Of a stretch of 12,290 nucleotides of DNA, positions 1 to 5,479 are shown piece after piece. How positions within the stretch are numbered: position 1 is the first letter of the stretch; each line of letters opens with the position of its first letter. The notes beneath the pieces were generated by a model, which had not been told where the DNA came from, made no database searches, and worked only from the letters and a program-made list of their open reading frames with translations. The position numbers were made by a program, and so were the translations under genes. The stretch comes from a virus: the IMG/VR virus record IMGVR_UViG_3300009285_000039, positions 1 through 12,290 of that record; one strand, written 5' to 3'.

Positions 1-77
1 AGCTTATTAATTAATAATTCTATCTCGAATGTGAATACTTTAGGTATAAGAACACAAACAGGATGCTACTATAATAC
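1..77. repeat. Left copy of an exact 77-nt terminal overlap (identical to 12214..12290), indicating circular closure and a unique length of 12,213 bp
   Basis: Base-by-base comparison of the first 77 nt (agcttattaattaataattc...ctactataatac) with the last 77 nt shows no mismatch. The reading frame is continuous across the join. Confidence 0.9.
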
Positions 78-1041
78 TATCGCAAATAATTCTGTCAATA
101 ATAGTCAATGGAATTGTTATGATGCTGATGGATACTATAATAATTATACTACAAACATAGCTTATAATTGTTACCATAATAGTCTAGATATCTGTGGAAT
201 GACTACCCCGAGCATAAGAGCAGTAGGTGGTGTCATATCAGGAAATATTGTTTATGGCAGAGCATTAGCATATTTTTGTTATGGGATAAATATGACACTT
301 AAAAATAATATTGGATACTCTTTAACTGATAATGATGCTGGTGCTTATGGTATAGGTGTAGAGGGTTATCCCGCTAATATGTCTAATATATTGATAGAAA
401 ATAATACTTTGCATCAATATAACATTACAAGATTCATCGCTGTTGGCGGGAATGGTGTTATAATTAAAAACAATAAGTTTAATGGTTCAGGGTATGGTGC
501 GAAGATATATGCTTATCCGCCGAATCCTATAATGGTAAATATTACATTTATTAACAATACTATGATTAGTGATGATGACTTAATTTATGAGGTTGAGCAG
601 AACAATAGAAGCAATATAACTATTTATCAGAATAGTAATTATACATTTCGGGCAGTCTCAGTCGCAGGTCGGGGAGCATATTATACATTATATGCTACAG
701 GAGACTATAATGATGCCTTTAATGCTACTGGTGGGATAATTCAAGCGAACTTTACTATCTTAAGTGGCTATTTAAGTAATGGTGAGGTAATTAATGTGAC
801 AGCATTAGAGAATGGTTCGGCTCCGCCTGGAGGATCCTGTTCTTATGGTGGTTCGGGTGTCTGGATCATTAATATGTCTCTTAATTGTAATATCACTGCA
901 CCATTCACTGGCAACATATCGTTGATTGATAATGGAAATGTTTATATTAATTCCACTGTTAATGTGAGCAATAATTGGGCTCCATTAATGGGACAAATTA
1001 GGTGGTTCCTATCAGGAGCTAGGGTTAATAGGGTATATTGA
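1..1041 (+). CDS. C-terminal 346 aa of the 695-aa exported LamG-like / parallel beta-helix protein, continuing from 11167..12213 (putative receptor-binding protein, adhesin or depolymerase)
   Basis: Position 1 starts a codon in the same frame as ATG 11167 once the 77-nt overlap is collapsed. There are repeated N-rich beta-helix-type turns (NNSVNN, IENNTLH, IKNNKFN, FINNTMIS). Stop TGA is at 1039-1041. The GTG start at 31 in the ORF track is an artefact of the linear cut. Confidence 0.8.
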   Translation, partial: SLLINNSISNVNTLGIRTQTGCYYNTIANNSVNNSQWNCYDADGYYNNYTTNIAYNCYHNSLDICGMTTPSIRAVGGVISGNIVYGRALAYFCYGINMTLKNNIGYSLTDNDAGAYGIGVEGYPANMSNILIENNTLHQYNITRFIAVGGNGVIIKNNKFNGSGYGAKIYAYPPNPIMVNITFINNTMISDDDLIYEVEQNNRSNITIYQNSNYTFRAVSVAGRGAYYTLYATGDYNDAFNATGGIIQANFTILSGYLSNGEVINVTALENGSAPPGGSCSYGGSGVWIINMSLNCNITAPFTGNISLIDNGNVYINSTVNVSNNWAPLMGQIRWFLSGARVNRVY

Positions 1042-1050
1042 GGTGTAAAA

Positions 1051-1314
1051 ATGAAAAAGGATACTAGTTTGAGTAAGTCAGGATCTATGAAGGGTTATAG
1101 TCTTAAGGTATGGCTTGTGAAGAATAAGAATACTTTGAAGACTTTGGCTGCTGCTGTTGTGGCTATAGGGACGTTCTTTATTCCGAGTGTTGAGAGTATA
1201 GAATTGTCAGCATCGTTGGCTGTGGTTACTGGATCATTGTCTAAGTTAGGTCTTGATGCATTAGATTTCTATTTGTCTGATGTGTGGGTGAAGGTTGATC
1301 CACCTATTATCTAA
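1051..1314 (+). CDS. Small membrane protein (87 aa), function unknown, holin-like or anchor-like topology
   Basis: Strong SD GAGGTG at 1040-1045, 5 nt before the ATG. Basic N-terminus, then a hydrophobic segment TLAAAVVAIGTFFIPSV and a second weaker one, LSASLAVVTGSL. It is the last gene of the rightward arm. Confidence 0.6.
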   Translation: MKKDTSLSKSGSMKGYSLKVWLVKNKNTLKTLAAAVVAIGTFFIPSVESIELSASLAVVTGSLSKLGLDALDFYLSDVWVKVDPPII

Positions 1315-1325
1315 AGAAATTATTA

Positions 1326-1345
1326 GGGGACGTGATATCGTCCCC
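1326..1345. terminator. GC-rich hairpin between the convergent arms (stem GGGGACG, loop TGATAT, stem CGTCCCC), a candidate bidirectional terminator
   Basis: A perfect 7-bp stem read directly from the sequence. It lies in the 52-nt gap between the stop of 1051..1314 (+) and the stop of 1367..1696 (-). There is no clean T-run on the plus side and only a partly T-rich tail on the minus side. Confidence 0.5.
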
Positions 1346-1366
1346 CCAGATGTTCTTCCCCCCAAC

Positions 1367-1696
1367 TTATCTAGCTAGCATAGGAATCGGGATACCTATG
1401 ACTGTATCTTTTCCATTGCTTTTGCCTATCTGTAGCTTGATTATCTTACCGACCCATAGATCAGAATCTACACCATACTCTTCACTAATATTTTTTACGC
1501 TGTCTTTGTTTGGTGACCACTTCTTCATTTTATGATCTATTTCTACGGTCATTTCAAACTTGTTATATGCTTTCCCTTGATATTCTGCATCAACATATTC
1601 GCCACCGTCTATGATGACACACCTCTTTGTCGGGCTTGCCCTAACTAAATCCACATTTAAATAGCTGCTTTCCATTGCTTTCGTTACATCTACCAT
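1367..1696 (-). CDS. Small beta-rich protein (109 aa), possibly an OB-fold nucleic-acid-binding protein; function uncertain
   Basis: SD AGGTGA lies upstream of the ATG at 1696. The gene is tightly coupled to the ERCC4 gene (6-nt gap). The pattern YLNVDLV..(beta-rich)..KKWSPNKDSVKNISEEYGVDSDLWVGKIIKL resembles small phage proteins I associate with OB-like folds. This is recognition only. Confidence 0.5.
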   Translation of the reverse strand: MVDVTKAMESSYLNVDLVRASPTKRCVIIDGGEYVDAEYQGKAYNKFEMTVEIDHKMKKWSPNKDSVKNISEEYGVDSDLWVGKIIKLQIGKSNGKDTVIGIPIPMLAR

Positions 1697-1702
1697 TTTT
1701 AT

Positions 1703-2137
1703 TCACCTTCCGTATAGTTCGTTTAAGTTCGTTTCGAGTGTTTCAATAATCTTCTGAGCCATGATCTTGCGTGTTCTGCACTCAATAACTATGAGTTGAT
1801 ATCGTTCAATCATTGTATCCAGGATCCTTCTTAGTGTTTCTGGCCTGGTGCATATTGGTCTATTAGTCCATCTCAGGTCCATGAACTCCTGGATTGTTCC
1901 TTCTATGAAAATATAAAAAGTTTTACCCTGAAGTCTAGATCGGGTTATTTCGCGTTTAAATCTATCATGTCCCTTAATGATGCTTCCATATAGGTCCGCA
2001 AGACTTTTGCGTTCTAACACAATGTAAGGTACTAAATCAGGTGTATTATAGTCTCCTTCTTCTAGTTTGCGCCTGAGTGTCTTGTGTCTAGTGAATGATA
2101 AGGGTTTTTGTTCTCTAGTATCAATTATGATCTGCAT
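1703..2137 (-). CDS. ERCC4-type (XPF/Mus81/Hef-like) structure-specific nuclease, 144 aa
   Basis: Hallmark motifs are IIDTREQ near the N-terminus, then GDY, then VLERKSLADLYGSI, which matches the GDxn-ERKxxxD signature of the ERCC4 nuclease domain. Confidence 0.8.
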   Translation of the reverse strand: MQIIIDTREQKPLSFTRHKTLRRKLEEGDYNTPDLVPYIVLERKSLADLYGSIIKGHDRFKREITRSRLQGKTFYIFIEGTIQEFMDLRWTNRPICTRPETLRRILDTMIERYQLIVIECRTRKIMAQKIIETLETNLNELYGR

Positions 2138-2216
2138 GTAGCTTCTCTAATTGCGCATTGATCGCCCTAAGTTGTTCTAGTAACACTGCCTTTTCATGCT
2201 CATACACACTTATCAT
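2121..2216 (-). CDS. Possible 31-aa helical micro-ORF (MISVYEHEKAVLLEQLRAINAQLRKLHADHN)
   Basis: Hand translation. It fills the gap between the wHTH and ERCC4 genes and overlaps the ERCC4 start by 17 nt. There is no convincing SD. Confidence 0.2.
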   Translation of the reverse strand: MISVYEHEKAVLLEQLRAINAQLEKLHADHN

Positions 2217-2229
2217 GTGTTCGTCTAGT

Positions 2230-2559
2230 TCATTGATTGTCGGGTCCACTCTTAACCTCAGGATCAGGATCTACAAACGTGCTTAACAGGTTCTGTTGTA
2301 AGCTAGATGTGCTCAGATCTGCCATTGCTGCCTCAACAGGCGCGAGTGCAGTTAGATCATAAAACATATGCCTGCGGTATTGATGTTTCTTTAGCCATCC
2401 CCTGTATACCATTGATTGCAGTATCTTCATTGTGTAGCTATAATCTATTGCTAGCTTATTGCTTATTGCTGTCACATTCTTTCTTGTGTTGTGCACTATG
2501 TTTAGGTATACTAGTATCCTGGCTTCACTTTCTTTTATTAACTTTTTTGGTCTTACCAT
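2230..2559 (-). CDS. Winged helix-turn-helix transcriptional regulator (109 aa)
   Basis: Perfect SD AAGGAGG upstream of the ATG at 2559. The segment ARILVYLNIV..NVTAISNKLAIDYSYTMKILQSMVYRGWLKK fits an ArsR/MarR-like helix-turn-helix plus wing layout. The C-terminal tail is acidic and probably disordered. Confidence 0.6.
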   Translation of the reverse strand: MVRPKKLIKESEARILVYLNIVHNTRKNVTAISNKLAIDYSYTMKILQSMVYRGWLKKHQYRRHMFYDLTALAPVEAAMADLSTSSLQQNLLSTFVDPDPEVKSGPDNQ

Positions 2560-2562
2560 ATC

Positions 2563-2973
2563 TTATTCCTCCTTAACTACTTCTAATATTACGCCGAAAT
2601 TGAAATAGAATCTACCTTTTGCATCTGTCAAGTCTGCACCTCTCAAGTCTGCACCTCTCAAGTCTGCTCCTGTTAAGTCTGCAGCTGTCAAGTCTGCACC
2701 TCTCAAGTCTGCTCCTCTCAAGTCTGCACCTGTCAAGTCTGCACCTGTCAAGTCTGCACCTCTCAAGTCTGCACCTCTCAAGTCTGCATCTCTCAAGTCT
2801 GCACCTCTCAAGTCTGCACCTGTCAAGTCTGCATCTGTCAAGTCTGCATCTCTCAAGTCTGCACCTCTCAAGTCTGCAATTTCCAATAATATTTTTCCTG
2901 TAATCCTATTAGTTATTTTCATTTTGTCCTCATTATCTTGTTCATGTATCGGTTGAATTTTCTCATGCTCCAA
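2563..2973 (-). CDS. Pentapeptide-repeat protein with 17 consecutive A-D-L-(R/T)-(G/D/A) units and an acidic net charge
   Basis: The translation is ADLRG/ADLRD/ADLTD/ADLTG x17, with 21 Asp versus 10 Arg inside the repeat. The track start at 2973 is TTG. An in-frame ATG at 2922 preceded by GAGGA is the more likely start, giving 119 aa. Confidence 0.85.
   Translation of the reverse strand: MEHEKIQPIHEQDNEDKMKITNRITGKILLEIADLRGADLRDADLTDADLTGADLRGADLRDADLRGADLRGADLTGADLTGADLRGADLRGADLTAADLTGADLRGADLRGADLTDAKGRFYFNFGVILEVVKEE
2621..2875. repeat. Tandem array of 17 x 15-nt units (consensus gcacctctcaagtct) encoding the pentapeptide repeats
   Basis: Unit-by-unit count: 7 units are identical to gcacctctcaagtct, 3 to gcacctgtcaagtct, 2 each to gcatctgtcaagtct and gcatctctcaagtct, and 3 are singletons. 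Very few differences are synonymous. Confidence 0.95.
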
Positions 2974-3015
2974 TCTTTGATATCAACCTTTTCAACCTTT
3001 TTAACGATCTTTTTC

Positions 3016-3192
3016 TTAGCTTTTGTTGTAGTCACTTTTGCCTCTACTGAACACTACTGCTGTGTATTGGATTGTCATGCCTGATTCTTTGTTTACGTGT
3101 GTTTGTGTTGCGAATACGTTAACGGTTTTTTCGTATTCATTGACTAATTTGTCAAATTCTTCTGCACTATCACTTGTTATGGTTTTTATCAT
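3016..3192 (-). CDS. 58-aa small protein, first gene of the leftward arm (MIKTITSDSAEEFDKLVNEYEKTVNVFATQTHVNKESGMTIQYTAVVFSRGKSDYNKS); function unknown
   Basis: Hand translation; it falls below the 60-aa cutoff of the ORF track. SD GGTGAT (3198-3203, minus strand) lies 5 nt upstream of the ATG. The layout resembles small Cse60-like alpha/beta phage proteins, which is weak recognition only. Confidence 0.5.
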   Translation of the reverse strand: MIKTITSDSAEEFDKLVNEYEKTVNVFATQTHVNKESGMTIQYTAVVFSRGKSDYNKS

Positions 3193-3228
3193 TTTCGATC
3201 ACCTTAATACTACTTATAGTATAGGTTA

Positions 3229-3236
3229 TATTTAAA
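3229..3236 (-). promoter_or_regulatory. Candidate promoter element for the leftward arm: TTTAAATA on the minus strand (archaeal TATA-box-like)
   Basis: The minus strand reads aacaTTTAAATAtaacc. The element ends 37 nt upstream of ATG 3192, leaving room for a transcription start just upstream of the SD. A split ATACT-N6-AGTAT inverted repeat (3207-3222) sits between it and the SD. Confidence 0.3.
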
Positions 3237-3293
3237 TGTTGTGAAAGATATTTCCATACATCCAAAAAAGTAGTTATATATGTGACGTGAACT

Positions 3294-3347
3294 AAAAGAG
3301 AAAAAAGAAGAACAAAAGAAGCAAAAAAAGAAGAAAAAAGAGAAAAA
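3294..3347. repeat. Polypurine (A/G) tract, 54 nt with only two pyrimidines on the plus strand
   Basis: Read directly: aaaagagaaaaaagaagaacaaaagaagcaaaaaaagaagaaaaaagagaaaaa. It is non-coding. The 60-aa minus-strand ORF 3170..3352 is its low-complexity mirror. Confidence 0.8.
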
Positions 3348-3642
3348 CACACACCCTGCTAACTAAGCAAACACTCATTAGACGTATATAATAATAAAAA
3401 AGTGCATAACTTATATATAAGGTTTATGAAAGATAAATCATTACTACTTAAAAATACAACAACGTTTTATGTCTTTTTTACCATGTTTCCACACGAAATC
3501 AAGCATTTATGTTTTTTAAGCACAATATAAGAACAAAAAACTACCTGTAGTAATAATCCCCAACAAAGATTTTTGTCAGTTTTTTGATCAAATACACATT
3601 ATAATCGTGTGGTGTGTATGAACATATAAAGAGTAGTGCAAC

Positions 3643-3666
3643 ATCATGCACTAGCGCGTGCATGAT
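3643..3666. promoter_or_regulatory. Perfect inverted repeat ATCATGCAC-tagcgc-GTGCATGAT (9-bp stems, 6-nt loop)
   Basis: Read directly. The CATGCAC core recurs a third time at 3685-3691. It lies in the centre of the non-coding control region. Confidence 0.6.
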
Positions 3667-3754
3667 CACAACACAATTAATACTCATGCACAACCAAACA
3701 AACACATAAATAGATCAAAAAACTTCGATCAAACTGTCACTGATGACTAATGGT

Positions 3755-3874
3755 GTATACTAATATGTCATTATCACTACTAGTATACGTTTATCCATTC
3801 TGTTCACTCATAATCAATGACGTATACTAGTATACAAATAGCTATACTAGTATGTCACTAAGTATACTATTCAC
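3755..3874. promoter_or_regulatory. Array of about 5 palindromic sites built on ATACT/AGTAT half-sites (best copy GTATACTAGTATAC at 3822-3835), interleaved with TGTCAC and CACTAAG motifs
   Basis: Copies: GTATACTAATAT 3755-3766, CTACTAGTATAC 3777-3788, GTATACTAGTATAC 3822-3835 (a perfect 14-bp palindrome), TATACTAGTATG 3843-3854, GTATACTATT 3862-3871. There is an extra half-site, CTAGTATA, at 3942-3949. Confidence 0.7.
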
Positions 3875-3888
3875 TAAGCGACAGTTAA

Positions 3889-3909
3889 GGGGGGGGATAA
3901 AGGGGGGGG
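3889..3909. promoter_or_regulatory. G8-ATAAA-G8 homopolymer doublet 46 nt upstream of the terL start
   Basis: Read directly: G at 3889-3896, ataaa, then G at 3902-3909. By eye these are the longest G runs in an otherwise AT-rich unit. Confidence 0.8.
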
Positions 3910-3954
3910 TTAGATGTCACAAAAATTATTATTAATGATGTCTAGTATATTTTT

Positions 3955-5214
3955 ATGATTCTTGATCAATGGCAGAAGGATGTTTTGGAAGCTGAGGGGA
4001 ATATTTGTATTTGTTCTGGTCGTCAGGTTGGTAAGTCTGAGATTATTGCCCTAAAAACTGCTACCTTCATCTCTAAGTATCCCAACAAAAAGGTTCTTAT
4101 TATCTCGGTGACTGAGGCTCAGGCTGAGAATATGCTTATTAAGATCTTGTTGCATTTGCATGCTATTGATAAGCGGTTGATTGCTAGGGGTGGTAATCGT
4201 CCTACTAAGCATAAGGTTGTTCTTATGAATGGGAGTTATGCTATCACTAAAGCAGTCGGACAATATGGCTTAGGAGCTCTTGGTTTGACTATGGACGTGG
4301 TTGTTCCTGATGAGTGTGCTTATCTTCCTGAGACTATTTGGGCGTCGATCACCCCTATGCTCTTGACCACTGGTGGTTCTTTGTGGTTATTGAGTACGCC
4401 TAATGCTCAGGAAGGATATTTTTATAAGGCGTATACTGATCCGTCTTATGGTTTTAGGACTTTTCATGTGAATTCTGAGGATGTGGCTAATGCTCGTGCT
4501 GAGCCTATGCGTTCTCTTATGTTAGCACACTTGGAAAGGGAGAAGTTGCGTATGTCTCCTATGCAGTATGCTCAGCAATACCTAGCACAATTTCAAGAAG
4601 AATTGGGACAATTGTTTTCTGATGAGCTAATTCAGGGTGCGCAGGTTATGGATCGTGTGCCTCTTGTTAAGGGTGATTATTATTTGGGTGTGGATGTTGC
4701 TAGGATGGGCGGTGATGAGACTACTTTCGAGATCCTGGAGCGTAAGGATAAGAAGTATTATCAAAGAGAAAATATTACTAATAAGTATACGCTAACAACT
4801 GAAACCATCAGCAAGATTTTAGAATTAGATCGCATTTATGATTTCAAACAAATATATATTGATGATGGTGGCTTAGGCGTGGCTGTGTTTGATCAATTAT
4901 TGAATACTAATCAGACAAAGAATAAAGTGGTTGCGATTAATAATGCTGCTAGATCTATAGAAATGGATAACAACCGCAGACGTAAACTCTTGAAGGAAGA
5001 TCTTTACCTTAACTTCTTAAACCTCATCGAGAAACAGGAATTATTTTTGTTGAAAGATCCCGAAATTTTTACTAGTTTAAAGTCTATTATGATTGAACAT
5101 GATGTGCAAAAACAAAACATTAAAATATATGGGCGTTATAGTCACATTACAGAAGGCTTAATTCGGGCTGCTTGGAGTAATCACTCGACGAGACTAAACC
5201 TTTGGGTTAGGTAA
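3955..5214 (+). CDS. terL: Terminase large subunit (ATPase plus RNase H-like nuclease), 419 aa
   Basis: Walker A is CSGRQVGKSE, Walker B with the catalytic Glu is DVVVPDECAY, and the coupling motif is LLSTPN. Nuclease acidic motifs are YYLGVDVARMGGDETT and IYIDDGGLGVAVFDQL. No SD is present, so this may be a leaderless first gene. Confidence 0.9.
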   Translation: MILDQWQKDVLEAEGNICICSGRQVGKSEIIALKTATFISKYPNKKVLIISVTEAQAENMLIKILLHLHAIDKRLIARGGNRPTKHKVVLMNGSYAITKAVGQYGLGALGLTMDVVVPDECAYLPETIWASITPMLLTTGGSLWLLSTPNAQEGYFYKAYTDPSYGFRTFHVNSEDVANARAEPMRSLMLAHLEREKLRMSPMQYAQQYLAQFQEELGQLFSDELIQGAQVMDRVPLVKGDYYLGVDVARMGGDETTFEILERKDKKYYQRENITNKYTLTTETISKILELDRIYDFKQIYIDDGGLGVAVFDQLLNTNQTKNKVVAINNAARSIEMDNNRRRKLLKEDLYLNFLNLIEKQELFLLKDPEIFTSLKSIMIEHDVQKQNIKIYGRYSHITEGLIRAAWSNHSTRLNLWVR

Positions 5215-5221
5215 AAAAAAA

Positions 5222-5371
5222 ATGGCATTTCGAGACAAATATACCACTGATGCGTTAATTCTTAAAGATCCTGATCCAAAAAAACCTGAGAAGAATAAGA
5301 TTATATTATCTAATGATGCTTTAGCTATTGGTGAATTGCTTGAATGTTTAATAAATCGGATGGTGAAATAA
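5222..5371 (+). CDS. 49-aa hypothetical protein (MAFRDKYTTDALILKDPDPKKPEKNKIILSNDALAIGELLECLINRMVK)
   Basis: Hand translation. It fills the gap after terL, and its stop overlaps the next ATG (TAATG). An A10 run lies immediately upstream. Confidence 0.35.
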   Translation: MAFRDKYTTDALILKDPDPKKPEKNKIILSNDALAIGELLECLINRMVK

Positions 5372-5475
5372 TGGTGTATCCACTAACAATATATTTTAAG
5401 TCAGAGAAAGAGCGTGATGAATTTAAGATGCCTGCACCTACGGTTGCAGTAGTTGTTGCGAAAAAAAAGAAGTGA
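5371..5475 (+). CDS. 34-aa hypothetical protein (MVYPLTIYFKSEKERDEFKMPAPTVAVVVAKKKK)
   Basis: Hand translation. It is translationally coupled to the previous ORF and ends 4 nt before the next gene. Confidence 0.3.
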   Translation: MVYPLTIYFKSEKERDEFKMPAPTVAVVVAKKKK

Positions 5476-5479
5476 TTGA

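Noticed and set aside
1-77. A 77-nt direct terminal repeat as a genuine biological genome end
   Set aside because: An exact overlap of k-mer-like length that falls inside an uninterrupted ORF is more simply an assembler signature of circularity. It cannot be fully excluded without read-level terminus analysis.
2621-2875. Possible CRISPR array or minisatellite
   Set aside because: The units are contiguous 15-mers with no spacers, lie entirely within an ORF, and translate into a known protein repeat type. This is not a CRISPR array.
2619-2903. 94-aa plus-strand ORF of LHLSS repeats
   Set aside because: It is the antisense mirror of the pentapeptide-repeat gene. Any tandem 15-nt repeat is open in several frames, and this one has no SD. 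The minus-strand frame gives a textbook A(D/N)LXX protein embedded in an operon.
3170-3352. 60-aa minus-strand ORF (MCFSLFSSFFASFVLLFSLL...)
   Set aside because: It is a low-complexity translation of the complement of the polypurine tract. It overlaps the better-supported 58-aa gene's start and promoter region and has no SD.
3426-3530. 34-aa plus-strand ORF inside the control region (MKDKSLLLKNTTTFYVFFTMFPHEIKHLCFLSTI)
   Set aside because: It is short and of low complexity, its ribosome-binding context is poor, and it is isolated from both operons. It is kept only as a remote possibility.
5213-5222. A10 run (and A8 at 5461-5468) as programmed frameshift or phase-variation sites
   Set aside because: The A10 run lies between the terL stop and the next start, not within a coding overlap. 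The A8 run simply encodes a KKKK tail. No alternative frame continues productively.
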